Shown here: piece after piece, positions 20,243-30,470 of the stretch
How positions within the stretch are numbered: position 1 is the stretch's first letter
How the letters are laid out: each line of letters opens with the position of its first letter
Assembly (NCBI GenBank): GCA_029262035.1
Contig: JAJDAE010000247.1
Location: 12,517 to 76,516 of the forward strand
DNA length: 64,000 bases
DNA from: Candidatus Zhuqueibacterota bacterium
Lineage (GTDB): Bacteria; Zhuqueibacterota; Zhuqueibacteria; Oceanimicrobiales; Oceanimicrobiaceae
Reading direction: 5' to 3'
Made by a program: the position numbers and the translations under genes
Notes under the pieces: generated by a model
The model's input: only the letters and a program-made list of their open reading frames with translations
What the model was told of the DNA's origin: nothing
The model's database searches: none

Positions 20243-20728
20243 ATGAAAGAAGAAGAAATCAGACGATTGGTAAAAATTGTTGAAGAAAGTAACATAGCTG
20301 AAATTGAAATTACAGAAACCCGTTGGGGAAAAAGTACAATAAAAATTTCTAAAAACAGCTCGGGTGCAGCAAACAGTTCAACGCATATAATTCAGGCGCC
20401 ATCTCCGGCAGCGCCCTTGCTACCAACTGCGCCGGCACCTGTCGCGGCATCACCGGCAAGTGCTGAGGCAAAGCCGGTCACCAGTAGTGGCGCCGACATA
20501 AAATCGCCAATGGTGGGTACGTTTTACCGTTCCCCGGCACCCGACGCCGACCCTTATGTTGAAGTCGGCAGCGTCGTTAAAAAAGGTCAAGTGCTTTGTA
20601 TTGTTGAGGCCATGAAATTAATGAATGAAATAGAGTCTGAAACTACTGGCAAGATTGTCGAGATTTTAGTAGAAAGTGGTCAGCCGGTGGAGTACAATCA
20701 ACCATTATTTATTGTCGAGCCTGCCTAA
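20243..20728 (+). CDS. accB: acetyl-CoA carboxylase biotin carboxyl carrier protein
   Basis: Biotinylation motif [10 protein letters not shown], an Ala/Pro-rich linker and a hammerhead C-terminus. I prefer the ATG at 20243, preceded by GGAGAAGG, over the GTG at 20213 used in the ORF track. Confidence 0.85.
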   Translation: MKEEEIRRLVKIVEESNIAEIEITETRWGKSTIKISKNSSGAANSSTHIIQAPSPAAPLLPTAPAPVAASPASAEAKPVTSSGADIKSPMVGTFYRSPAPDADPYVEVGSVVKKGQVLCIVEAMKLMNEIESETTGKIVEILVESGQPVEYNQPLFIVEPA

Positions 20729-20757
20729 CAATCCTTTAACATTACTGAGGAAATCCA

Positions 20758-22104
20758 TTGTTTAAAAAGATATTGATTGCAAACAGAGGTGAGATTGCGC
20801 TTCGGATTATTCGGGCTTGTAAAGAATTAGGTATTGAAACGGTTGCAGTTTATTCAGAAGCGGATGCAGACTCACTTCATGTCAGATTTGCAGATGAAGT
20901 CGTTTGTATTGGCCCCGGACCTAGCAATCAGAGTTATTTGCAAGTACCAAATATAATTAGTGCTGCTGAGGTGACCAACAGCGAAGCAATTCATCCGGGA
21001 TATGGCTTTTTAGCAGAAAATGCTGAATTTGCTGAAATTTGTGCATCGTGCAATATTAAGTTTATTGGCCCGACTCCTGACATGATAAACAGACTCGGAA
21101 ATAAGTCGCTGGCAAAGAAAACGATGAGAAAAGCAGGGGTACCGGTGATTCCGGGCAGCGATGGGATTCTGAAAGATGTGGATGATGCCCGAAAAACTGC
21201 CGGCGAATTTGGTTATCCGGTTATCATAAAAGCATCTGCCGGTGGTGGTGGGCGCGGTATGCGCATTGTACACGATGATTCCGGTTTGGAAAATGCTTTC
21301 AATCAGGCGAGAACAGAAGCTGAAGTTGGGTTTGCTAATCCTGATGTTTACATGGAAAAATATTTTCAAAATCCACGCCACATTGAAGTTCAGTTACTCG
21401 GTGACGCCCATGGGAATGTTGTCGCGCTGGGCGAAAGAGAATGTTCAATTCAAAGAAAACATCAGAAACTAATTGAAGAATCACCTTCGCCAGCAGTAAC
21501 TCCTGAAATTAGAAAAGCGATGTGCGAAGCAGCGATTAAGGGTGCAAATGCTGTAAATTACGAAAGTGCAGGTACCATTGAATTTCTGTACGAGGACAGC
21601 AAGTTTTATTTCATGGAGATGAATACCAGAATTCAAGTTGAACACCCTGTGACTGAAACAGTATTTGGTATGGATTTAATAAAAAGGCAAATTCAGATTG
21701 CCTATGGTATGAAGTTCGACTGGAACAAAAATTACAAAATGCGCGGGCATTCAATAGAATGTCGAATTAATGCTGAAGATCCTGATAAAGATTTTAGACC
21801 CTCGCCGGGGAAAATTACCAGCTTTCATATACCGGGAGGTCCAGGGGTGCGTGTGGATACACATGCTTATGCACATTATGTTATTCCGCCTTTCTATGAT
21901 TCCTTGATTGCAAAAGTAATAACGCATGGCAAAAACAGAGAAGAAGCCATTTTAAGAATGAATCGTTGCCTTGAGGAATTTGTAATTGAAGGGATCAAAA
22001 CTACGATACCATTTCACCAAAAAGTTTTGAATGATGAATTGTTTTTAAGCGGTGATTTTGATACTAAGTATATCGAAAAAATGCAAAGTAAATTCGAATC
22101 ATAA
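20758..22104 (+). CDS. accC: acetyl-CoA carboxylase biotin carboxylase subunit
   Basis: [33 protein letters not shown] is the canonical AccC N-terminus, and an ATP-grasp domain follows. Length is 448 aa. The TTG start is preceded by GAGGAAA. Confidence 0.9.
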   Translation: MFKKILIANRGEIALRIIRACKELGIETVAVYSEADADSLHVRFADEVVCIGPGPSNQSYLQVPNIISAAEVTNSEAIHPGYGFLAENAEFAEICASCNIKFIGPTPDMINRLGNKSLAKKTMRKAGVPVIPGSDGILKDVDDARKTAGEFGYPVIIKASAGGGGRGMRIVHDDSGLENAFNQARTEAEVGFANPDVYMEKYFQNPRHIEVQLLGDAHGNVVALGERECSIQRKHQKLIEESPSPAVTPEIRKAMCEAAIKGANAVNYESAGTIEFLYEDSKFYFMEMNTRIQVEHPVTETVFGMDLIKRQIQIAYGMKFDWNKNYKMRGHSIECRINAEDPDKDFRPSPGKITSFHIPGGPGVRVDTHAYAHYVIPPFYDSLIAKVITHGKNREEAILRMNRCLEEFVIEGIKTTIPFHQKVLNDELFLSGDFDTKYIEKMQSKFES

Positions 22105-22134
22105 TCTGCCTAATTTTTAAAGGAGTGGAATAAA

Positions 22135-22512
22135 ATGAAAATTCCTGCCGGTTTACATTACACTGCGGAACATGAATGGTTAGAAGTAAATGGTGATATT
22201 GCTACAATTGGAATTACAGATTATGCTCAGGGTGAATTGGGTGATATTGTTTTTGTTGAATTACCCGCAGTTGGCGATGAAACAAAAAAAACAGATTCTT
22301 TTGGAACAATAGAGGCGGTAAAAGCTGTTTCAGAACTATATGCGCCAATTTCCGGAGAAGTAGTTGAAGTGAATTCCCAACTAGAAGATCAGCCCGAACT
22401 CATCAATGGTAGCCCATATAGTGATGGCTGGCTGATAAAATTAAAAATCACCTCTAAATCTGAATTGGACGACTTACTGTCTGCTGACCAATATCAGTCA
22501 GAAATAAGTTAG
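22135..22512 (+). CDS. gcvH: glycine cleavage system H protein
   Basis: 125 aa. Lipoyl-lysine region GTIEAVKAVSELYAPISGEVVEVN, with a GGAG RBS. Confidence 0.85.
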   Translation: MKIPAGLHYTAEHEWLEVNGDIATIGITDYAQGELGDIVFVELPAVGDETKKTDSFGTIEAVKAVSELYAPISGEVVEVNSQLEDQPELINGSPYSDGWLIKLKITSKSELDDLLSADQYQSEIS

Positions 22513-22721
22513 CCTTAATTGTAACTGACCGATACATTTTTGTATTAATGGGTTGGGATAGCCATAATTTTTTCATTCTAAGTTTAAAAAAAACAACATC
22601 GATTTATCATTGTCGAGTTTGGTACAAAAGTTGTTGCCTTTCAAGGATAAGAAATAAAGGTTTTTTTGTCATCAGCCGATAGTCAAATTAAAGTATATAG
22701 AAAAGGTTGGCAAAAAATATC

Positions 22722-22750
22722 TTGACAAAAAGTTCTTATATACATATATT
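22722..22750 (+). promoter_or_regulatory. sigma70-like promoter candidate upstream of the PorV-like gene
   Basis: TTGACA, a 17-nt spacer, then TATATT, in an AT-rich region ~215 nt upstream of the start at 22966. Confidence 0.3.
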
Positions 22751-22851
22751 TTGTTGTTAAAATTTGAGGAGTTAAGCTTATATAATTTCGCTACGGTTTT
22801 GTTAAGATTTAAAAGGTAGATTTTTGAGTTGAACCATTGGCGAATTTATAT

Positions 22852-22865
22852 GGGCTCTAGAGCCC
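22852..22865. promoter_or_regulatory. 14-bp perfect palindrome GGGCTCTAGAGCCC, a candidate dimeric regulator binding site
   Basis: Exact dyad symmetry, GC-rich within an AT-rich leader. It lies ~100 nt upstream of the PorV-like start and is immediately followed by a second imperfect hairpin CCGAATG..CATTCGG. Confidence 0.3.
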
Positions 22866-22965
22866 GAATGTATTTAGTTTTATTTTATAAAACTGATGCA
22901 TTCGGTTTTTTATTTATAAGACGCGATTTAGAAAGTAGATGTTTTAAATATCATTTGGAGGTATT

Positions 22966-24039
22966 ATGAAAAAAATAACATCATTGGTTGCGATACTCCT
23001 CATTTTTGTAGTAAGCATCCCGAATTTGTTTGCAGTTAGTGAAGCAGCAGTACTTTTTCTGCTGATTTCACCTCATGCGCGTGTGGGCGGCATGGGAGAG
23101 GCGTTTGTTGCTGTTGCAGATGATGCGTCAGCCGTTTTTTGGAATCCGGCTGGGCTTGCTTTCCAGGAAGGAAGGCAATTCACTAGTATGTACCAACCAC
23201 TTTTGCCGCAGTTTAATCTCGATGATTTGTATTATTTATTTGGGGCCTATCGACAGTCCGTTGAAGGACTCGGTACAGTGGGATTCAACATAACCTTTGC
23301 CAACTACGGCCAACAAATTATTACAGATGAAACCGGCCCTGAGGCGTTAGGTACTTTTAACAGTAATGAGTTTGCGATTACACTTTCCTACGCCACTCTT
23401 TTTTCTCAAAATACCGGCGTTGGTCTGAATGTAAAATTTATTAAAAGTAATTTGTCTGAAGTAGGTGCAGGTATTGAAAAAGGGAATGGCAAGGCCAGCG
23501 CTTTTGCTGTAGACTTGGGACTGTTAAAAAAGAATCTATTTATGGATAATTTAAGTTTTGGAGTGAATATTTCTAATATCGGCCCCAAAATTACTTATAT
23601 TGATAATGCCCAGGCAGATCCTATTCCCACGAATTTTAAGATTGGCTTTGCTTACAAGGCCATTGACCAGGAGTTCAACAGCCTGACTTTTGTGGCTGAT
23701 ATGAACAAGTTGCTAGTGCATCGCACCGCATCTAATCAGATATCGGTTGATGGAGATACAACGTTGGTTAGCGAAGTGGACCCTGTTTTTGAGGCATTTT
23801 TCTCTGCATGGCAGGATGACAATTATATATTCAATCTTGGCACCGAATATTGGTACGCAAATTTAATTGCGTTACGTGCAGGATATTATCATGATCCTGA
23901 TGGGAAAGTAAAATATCTCACTATTGGCGCCGGTCTGAAATATTCGATATATCAATTCGACTTTGGCTATATCTCTGCTGGAGATAACCACCCGCTTTCT
24001 GATACGATGCGTTTTTCGATGACAATCGGTGGTCAATAA
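22966..24039 (+). CDS. outer-membrane beta-barrel protein, probably PorV/PorQ-family (T9SS-associated shuttle/porin)
   Basis: A signal peptide is followed by ARVGGMGEAFVAVADDASAVFWNPAGLA. Amphipathic beta-strands alternate to a C-terminal aromatic-rich end. It sits directly upstream of a T9SS cargo gene. Confidence 0.5.
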   Translation: MKKITSLVAILLIFVVSIPNLFAVSEAAVLFLLISPHARVGGMGEAFVAVADDASAVFWNPAGLAFQEGRQFTSMYQPLLPQFNLDDLYYLFGAYRQSVEGLGTVGFNITFANYGQQIITDETGPEALGTFNSNEFAITLSYATLFSQNTGVGLNVKFIKSNLSEVGAGIEKGNGKASAFAVDLGLLKKNLFMDNLSFGVNISNIGPKITYIDNAQADPIPTNFKIGFAYKAIDQEFNSLTFVADMNKLLVHRTASNQISVDGDTTLVSEVDPVFEAFFSAWQDDNYIFNLGTEYWYANLIALRAGYYHDPDGKVKYLTIGAGLKYSIYQFDFGYISAGDNHPLSDTMRFSMTIGGQ

Positions 24040-24051
24040 ATTTTGTCAAAG

Positions 24052-24114
24052 TTCATTCCGGTTGCTTCGTGCTGAGAGATCTGTAAATCGCAACCGGAAT
24101 GAATTTCACGTTTT
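24052..24114 (+). terminator. strong hairpin terminator
   Basis: A 14-bp perfect inverted repeat TTCATTCCGGTTGC...GCAACCGGAATGAA with a 24-nt loop is followed by TTTCACGTTTT. Confidence 0.6.
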
Positions 24115-24162
24115 ACAATTCAGTTATCTCTTAACCACACTTCGGTTTTACTAGAAAATCAT

Positions 24163-27100
24163 ATGCAGTATTTTCGATATCTTGTTTTTACTATTGGTTT
24201 ATTTTGCACGCTTCAATCAACGATGGCGCAATCACCCAGGCCCAGATTTTATAAACCACAATTTTCTGATAGCAATTTATTGGGAATTAACAACAATCTG
24301 CTGGAAAAATCTAACTCTGGCTTTACGATTAATACGAATACAATTGGTAGTCCGGATACGCTCAAGCTGCTGGTTATTCGCGTAGATTTTCAAACTGACA
24401 ACAATACGTTAACTACCGGGAATGGTAAATTCCAATTTGCCATTGATACTGAAAAAACGATAGATGTACCACCACATAACCGTCCCTATTTTGAAGCACA
24501 ACTTTTGGCTCTGAGTAATTATTATAAGAAGGTCTCAAGAGGAAATCTTATTCTTGAGGCGGATGTTTTTCCTGCTGCAGATACAGCCGGCTACACAGTT
24601 TTCAATCAAATGAGTTACTATTCGCCGGCAGGTAATGATGAGTTGCTAGACACCCGGCTCGCTGAATTTTTTCAGGAAAGCTTTCAGATAGCAGATTTGG
24701 CGGACAATATCGACTTTTCAAATTACGATAGTTTTATTATTTTTCATGCAGGAGTGGGATCAGATTTCGCCCTGGATTTCGATAGCACACCACAAGATAT
24801 TCCGTCGGTATTTTTAAATTTTAATGAATTGAAGAATGAGTTGGGAAATAGTGAGCCCAACTATGCGGGTATAGCTGTGAATAACGGTTCCTTCCATATT
24901 CGGGATGGCATAATTTTGCCTGAAACTCAAAGCCAGGATCAATTTGAGATTGGCATGCTGGGTACGATGGCTCTTATGTTTGGGAATCAGTTGGGGTTGC
25001 CAATCTTGTTTAACCCGGATAATGGCCGTTCAGGAATAGGCGTTTTTGGATTGATGGATCAAGGCTCCGGGAATTTTTTCGGAATGGTTCCCGCTGAACC
25101 CTGTGCCTGGTCAAAAATTTTTCTTGGCTGGGAAACTCCCATCGTAGTAAAAAACGGAGATGCTCTTCCGGTTGCGACCTCTCTTGCAAAAAATGTAAGC
25201 CAGATTTACAAAATTCCAATCAATGCCAAAGAATATTTTTTAATTGAAAATCGAAGCCGCGATTTTAATGGAGACAACTTTGCAATTGGCTTTGATGCAA
25301 AAGGGACAAAGGTTGAATTTGTGTGGGATGACCGCGGACAAATTCTGCAAGCGCAAGAACAAATTGGCGTGATTACCTCGGTGAGTGAATATGATTTTGG
25401 TTTGCCTGGTTCTGGTATTTTAATATGGCATATCGATGAAAACATAATAGGAGCGAACTTCGCCCAAAATCGCGTCAATGCTGATCCCGGTCATCGCGGG
25501 GTAGATTTAGAAGAGGCAGACGGCGCACAGGATCTCGGTCAATTTTATGGCTTTCTGAGCGCAGGCTTTGGCGCTGAAAACGGTGTAATTGAAGATATGT
25601 TTTGGGGTTCAAATGAAATTAACCTGCTTGTAAATCGTAACTCGGATGCTGTTGTTTTCTCACCTGAGACTCTGCCCAATAGTTCGGCTAATAACGGCTC
25701 GAATTCTTACATTAGAATTTTTGATTTTAGCGAGCCCGATTCTATCATGTCTTTTAGTGTGGAAAATACGATACTTCGGCCAGGCTTTCCACAAATTACA
25801 GCTGAGCCAGGTACAAGCATAAATGCCCCGGTTGCCGCTGATCTAAATAATGACGGGGTATCGGAGATTATATCTACTTCAAGTAATTCTACAGAAATTT
25901 ACGTTTGGAATGCAGACGGTACGAAATTTATACCTAATGATGAAATGTTCAATGTTATTGGTTTAAATGGTGTCACAGAATCCTACGAAAAAGCCCTGTT
26001 TGCAACCCCTCCAGGCGAAAAAATCTTTTCTCCGGCAATTGCAACCAGTGAGTCCGATACAATTGTTGTGGTAACGACAGATCGGTCGGTTGCCTTTTAT
26101 CAGCCTGAGGATGCAGATTCAAATGGAAGAGCAGATGAAATATATGTTTACGAAAGCCAGGTTGAAATTACAACTGCGCCACTCGTTTACAGTAATACCG
26201 GCAGTATATTTGAAGTAGTCTTTGGGAATGCAGATGGGGGAGTTATTCTGATTGACAGCGATAGTGTGGTCACCCCACTAATTGTTGCTCAGGGTGGCGG
26301 TGCCATTTCCGGAATTGCACGAAATATAAATTTTGACTTAGCCTACACAACAATATCTGGAGAAGTTGGTCTAATCGGGCAAAATAGAAGTTTGATTTGG
26401 CAGCGTCAAACTAATTCAAATATTTCTAATTCCCCGGTCATTGCAGATTTGAATCGGGATGGCAATGTTGATTTTATTTTAGTATCAGATTCCGGTGAGC
26501 TTTTCGCGTTTACTCAAAATGGCGATAACTTGGAAGGCCTGCCTACATCTTTTCGTGTTGAGAACCCATCGGCAATCGCTGTGAGTGACATTGATGGAGA
26601 TGGTTTTCTAGATGTTGTTTTTACCGGAGACAATCAGCTTTTTGCATTTAACCACATTGGCTCTTTAAAAAACAATTTTCCTGTACAGATTAGTCGGGCT
26701 GAAGAAGTCGGTTTAGGCGCACCGGTCTTGGTTGATTTAACCTCCGATGGAATTCCTGAAATTGTAACCGGCACCTCAGATAACCGGGTGATTGCTTATT
26801 CTGGCTCCGGTATGATAGTCGACGGTTTCCCGGTTTCTCCTGGTGGCAAAGTCAACAGTGCGCCCTATATAGCCGATCTTGAAGATGATGGAGATGTAGA
26901 AATTGTGGCTATTGCTGAGGATGGCTTTATTTATGTCTGGGATTTTGCAAGTTCGTATAATGCTGATGCTTCTCCGTGGCCTGGTCTGTTTGGCGGCTTA
27001 GGGCACCTCAATTTTAATGATGAGTTTAATCAACCGCAACAGCCCTCAACAAATTCTGTAATGGCTAAAAATTTAGTTTACAATTACCCAAATCCAACTG

Positions 27101-27339
27101 AGGGGAATCAAACCACCATTCGCTACAGATTGAATGAAGCCGCTGACGTTAATATTAAAATATATGATTTGGCCGGCGATTTTGTTGATGAGCTAACCGG
27201 ACCGGGTTTTCCCCAAGCAGACAATGAGGTCACCTGGTCTCTGACCAATATTCAAAGCGGCGTTTATCTTGCGCGGGTGGAAGCAAAGGGTGCAAGCAAT
27301 TCTGATGTTAAAGTTATTAAAATTGCAGTTGTAAAATAG
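24163..27339 (+). CDS. 1058-aa T9SS cargo protein with an N-terminal M6 (immune inhibitor A)-like domain whose HExxH is degenerate, FG-GAP/VCBS beta-propeller repeats and a T9SS CTD
   Basis: The signal peptide is present. GTMALMFGNQLGLP aligns with M6 GTFAHEYGHNLGLP (H>L, E>M, H>N). FG-GAP-like repeats include DLNNDGVSEII, DLNRDGNVDFIL, DIDGDGFLDVVF, DLTSDGIPEIVTG and DLEDDGDVEIVA. The C-terminus is NYPNPTEGNQTTIRYRLNE...VKVIKIAVVK. Confidence 0.6.
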   Translation: MQYFRYLVFTIGLFCTLQSTMAQSPRPRFYKPQFSDSNLLGINNNLLEKSNSGFTINTNTIGSPDTLKLLVIRVDFQTDNNTLTTGNGKFQFAIDTEKTIDVPPHNRPYFEAQLLALSNYYKKVSRGNLILEADVFPAADTAGYTVFNQMSYYSPAGNDELLDTRLAEFFQESFQIADLADNIDFSNYDSFIIFHAGVGSDFALDFDSTPQDIPSVFLNFNELKNELGNSEPNYAGIAVNNGSFHIRDGIILPETQSQDQFEIGMLGTMALMFGNQLGLPILFNPDNGRSGIGVFGLMDQGSGNFFGMVPAEPCAWSKIFLGWETPIVVKNGDALPVATSLAKNVSQIYKIPINAKEYFLIENRSRDFNGDNFAIGFDAKGTKVEFVWDDRGQILQAQEQIGVITSVSEYDFGLPGSGILIWHIDENIIGANFAQNRVNADPGHRGVDLEEADGAQDLGQFYGFLSAGFGAENGVIEDMFWGSNEINLLVNRNSDAVVFSPETLPNSSANNGSNSYIRIFDFSEPDSIMSFSVENTILRPGFPQITAEPGTSINAPVAADLNNDGVSEIISTSSNSTEIYVWNADGTKFIPNDEMFNVIGLNGVTESYEKALFATPPGEKIFSPAIATSESDTIVVVTTDRSVAFYQPEDADSNGRADEIYVYESQVEITTAPLVYSNTGSIFEVVFGNADGGVILIDSDSVVTPLIVAQGGGAISGIARNINFDLAYTTISGEVGLIGQNRSLIWQRQTNSNISNSPVIADLNRDGNVDFILVSDSGELFAFTQNGDNLEGLPTSFRVENPSAIAVSDIDGDGFLDVVFTGDNQLFAFNHIGSLKNNFPVQISRAEEVGLGAPVLVDLTSDGIPEIVTGTSDNRVIAYSGSGMIVDGFPVSPGGKVNSAPYIADLEDDGDVEIVAIAEDGFIYVWDFASSYNADASPWPGLFGGLGHLNFNDEFNQPQQPSTNSVMAKNLVYNYPNPTEGNQTTIRYRLNEAADVNIKIYDLAGDFVDELTGPGFPQADNEVTWSLTNIQSGVYLARVEAKGASNSDVKVIKIAVVK

Positions 27340-27407
27340 GTGGGTGAACTTCAAGTAGGTTCTCGGAAGTTTTTAACTTCTCTTACAGGACTAAGGTTGA
27401 ATATTAA

Positions 27408-30400
27408 ATGAGAATGGAAAATTTTTTAAGTAAGAAAAAATATCTCCAGGTTTTATTCATAATATTATTTTTGTCTGGTAATTTATTGGGTCAGTTTGGC
27501 CCCGATGCTTATAATCATCCGGAGCTCGATTGGTACACCATTGAGACAGAACACTTTTTTGTCCATTTTCACAAAGGCACTGACCGTACAGCCAAAGTTA
27601 TTGCAAAAATAGCAGAGGATATTTATACACCGGTCACCTCACTTTATGAATATGAAGCAGATTCAAAAATTCATTTTATTATCAAGGATTATGAAGACTA
27701 TTCCAATGGTGCGGCTTTCTACTATGATAATAAAATAGAAATTTGGGCATCTGCTATGGATTTTGAATTGCGGGGTTCCCACAATTGGCTACGCAACGTT
27801 ATTACCCATGAATTTACCCACATGATTCAGATTGGCGCCTCCAGAAAAATTACGCGCCATGTTCCTGCAGTCTATTTCCAGGCCATTGCTTATGAAACCG
27901 AAAGGCGAGAGGATGTAATTCGTGGAGCGCCGAATACAGTTGTGTCTTATCCAATTGCGATGACGGTTATGCCAAGTTGGTACGCTGAGGGTGTCGCACA
28001 ATTTCAAATTACCGGTTTAGATTATGAAGATTGGGATGCTCACCGCGATATGATCCTGCGTACCTCGGTGCTTGAGGATAAGGTGCTGACTTATACGCAG
28101 ATGGGTGGTTTTGGAAAAAATAGCATTGGCAATGAAAAGGTCTATAATCACGGTTATGCCTTTGTTGGCTACCTTGTTAAGAATTTTGGTTTGAAATCGC
28201 TTCAACAAATTTCAAAGGAAATGAAAGGCTTTCACCGGGTAACCATCGATGGTGCCATGGAAAAAGTGACAGGTAAGAGTGCTTCCACACTTTATAACGA
28301 TTGGATTGAGGAAATAACAGCTCAGTACAAGTCTCAATTGCGGGATATTACTGAGAATCGGGTTGAAGGTGAAATTATCGAGAAAAAGGGTATTGGTAAT
28401 TTTAACCCGACCTGGGGGCCAGATGATATCAGTTTGGTTTATCTGTCTAGTTTTGAACATAATCGTCTTTCCAGTACCGGATTTAAAGCTGTGGGGCCTC
28501 TTGTTAAAAACAACAAGAAGAAAAAACTATGGGTAAGTCATGATCTTGACTGGTCGCCGGATGGAAAGAGATTGGCTTATGCTCACAAAGACAAGCAAAC
28601 CAAAAGCGGTTCAAGATTTTTTGATATTTATATATATGATCTTCAGAGAGAAAAAGAAGAACGAATCACTCGTGGACTCAGGGCGCACAGTCCAACCTGG
28701 TCGCCGGATGCTCAGGAGCTGATTTTTATCGTGAATAATGATGGTACAGAAAACCTTGTTCGTATTGAGCTGGAGACAAAAAAATTAACCTATCTCACTG
28801 ACTTTAAATATGGTGAGCAAATTGCTCATCCTGATTGGTCGCCGGATGGACAGCAGGTTTTATACTCTACTTTTATAAACAGTGGTCAGGATTTATTTCT
28901 TTTAGATCTGGAAACCAACAAGACAAAACCCTTACTTGCTGATGAGTACGATTCTCGCGATGGCGTTTATAGTCCTGATGGAAAAAAAGTCTATTTTAGC
29001 TGGGATAAAACCGGTATTTTCAATATTTATGAAATGGATTTGGAAACCAAAGGAATTGACCAGTTAACAAATGTTGTAGGCGGGGCTTTTATGCCCTCGG
29101 TAAACCGGAAAGGCGAGTTGCTTTTTTCAACATTTACAGCCGATGGGTACAAAATTGCAAAGCTGGAAAATCCCAAACCGATCAATCCGGAAAAAGCGAA
29201 TTATGCTATTTATGCAAATGAAACACAACTTGCATCTGCTGATAACAGTTTTTCTCCTTCTGCCATAGAAAAAATTAAAGCGCCGTATTATGACGATACT
29301 AAATTTTCTAATTATGAGGTAAGTCCTTATAAAACAAAGTACTCCGATATTGCTTTTATGCCACGAGTTATGGTGGATTACGGCACCCTAAAGCTCGGCA
29401 CGTATGCTTATTCTTATGAGGTACTGGAAAAATTTGGATTTCTGGCTGGCTTTGATTTGAATTCGAGATTGGATTATGACTTGTTTGCTTTGGTAGAATA
29501 CAAGAAGTTCAGCCCGACCATTTTTGCTGAGTTTTATAATCAGGTTCAAAATATTAAATTTGATGTAGATTCTACAGAACAAATTGTGAGGGGCATATTC
29601 AACTTGAATAATCCCCAGGATAAGTTTAAATATAATTTAATGGAAATTAACATCGGGCTGGATCAGAAAATTATTAATCGCTACCATACGCTTCGAGCGT
29701 CCTTTATTCATAGTCGTTATGCGACTTCGGTAAAATTTCAAGCCCCGGTTGGAGAACAAACGTTTAAGTACAAATATTTTTTGGGATACGATTTATCGTT
29801 AAAATATACGTACGATACGTTTGGCTTTAGTCGGTTTTTTGAAATAGACCCCAAAGGTCGATTTTTTGAGTTCCGCTACGAGAGAGAGTTTAATAAATTT
29901 TTGGTTGACTTTGCTACGGAGCGAGTTGTAAGTGCTGAAATTTTTGAGAACTACAATTATAACAAATTGACATTGAATTATAAGGAAAATATACCATTCT
30001 TTTTTAAAGGTCATACATTGAATTTGGATGTAAATGGTGGATTTATTGATACAAAGGTTGACAGCTTTTTTAATTTCTTTGCCGGCGGTATTATAGGTAA
30101 TAGGGGATACCCGTATTACAGCATTGAGGGGAGAAAAATGCTACAAGGCAAACTGACCTACCGGTTCCCATTATTTAATAAACTCGATATGCGTTTTATG
30201 CATCTCTACTTTGATAAAGTCTATCTCAGCGCATTTTATGATTACGGCAATGCATTTGATGAAGACAAAATTGATTTTGGCGATTTCAAGTCAAGCGTTG
30301 GCGGCGAGCTTAGGATGGATTCGTTTTCGTTTTATTCATTTCCAACAAAACTTTTTTTTAGTGCCGCCTATGGATTAGATCGGTTTGAATTTGCTGATCA

Positions 30401-30458
30401 GGTTTATGGCAAGGATTGGCGTTTTTATTTTGGTGTTTCTTTTGGTTACCTTGAATAG
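27408..30458 (+). CDS. 1016-aa outer-membrane multidomain protein (paralog A): MA-clan (M1-like) metallopeptidase domain, TolB/PD40 beta-propeller, C-terminal Omp85/D15-like beta-barrel
   Basis: Signal peptide. ITHEFTHMIQ (HExxH) is followed by WYAEGVAQF (compare M1 WLNEGFA). PD40 repeats are WSPDGKRLAY, WSPDAQELIF, WSPDGQQVLY and YSPDGKKVYF. The Y/F-rich C-terminal 400 aa carry GNRGYPYYSIEGRKMLQGKLTYRFPLF (Omp85 L6-like RGY...E.RFP) and an alternating aromatic C-terminus. Confidence 0.6.
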   Translation: MRMENFLSKKKYLQVLFIILFLSGNLLGQFGPDAYNHPELDWYTIETEHFFVHFHKGTDRTAKVIAKIAEDIYTPVTSLYEYEADSKIHFIIKDYEDYSNGAAFYYDNKIEIWASAMDFELRGSHNWLRNVITHEFTHMIQIGASRKITRHVPAVYFQAIAYETERREDVIRGAPNTVVSYPIAMTVMPSWYAEGVAQFQITGLDYEDWDAHRDMILRTSVLEDKVLTYTQMGGFGKNSIGNEKVYNHGYAFVGYLVKNFGLKSLQQISKEMKGFHRVTIDGAMEKVTGKSASTLYNDWIEEITAQYKSQLRDITENRVEGEIIEKKGIGNFNPTWGPDDISLVYLSSFEHNRLSSTGFKAVGPLVKNNKKKKLWVSHDLDWSPDGKRLAYAHKDKQTKSGSRFFDIYIYDLQREKEERITRGLRAHSPTWSPDAQELIFIVNNDGTENLVRIELETKKLTYLTDFKYGEQIAHPDWSPDGQQVLYSTFINSGQDLFLLDLETNKTKPLLADEYDSRDGVYSPDGKKVYFSWDKTGIFNIYEMDLETKGIDQLTNVVGGAFMPSVNRKGELLFSTFTADGYKIAKLENPKPINPEKANYAIYANETQLASADNSFSPSAIEKIKAPYYDDTKFSNYEVSPYKTKYSDIAFMPRVMVDYGTLKLGTYAYSYEVLEKFGFLAGFDLNSRLDYDLFALVEYKKFSPTIFAEFYNQVQNIKFDVDSTEQIVRGIFNLNNPQDKFKYNLMEINIGLDQKIINRYHTLRASFIHSRYATSVKFQAPVGEQTFKYKYFLGYDLSLKYTYDTFGFSRFFEIDPKGRFFEFRYEREFNKFLVDFATERVVSAEIFENYNYNKLTLNYKENIPFFFKGHTLNLDVNGGFIDTKVDSFFNFFAGGIIGNRGYPYYSIEGRKMLQGKLTYRFPLFNKLDMRFMHLYFDKVYLSAFYDYGNAFDEDKIDFGDFKSSVGGELRMDSFSFYSFPTKLFFSAAYGLDRFEFADQVYGKDWRFYFGVSFGYLE

Positions 30459-30470
30459 ATAAATAGGTTT

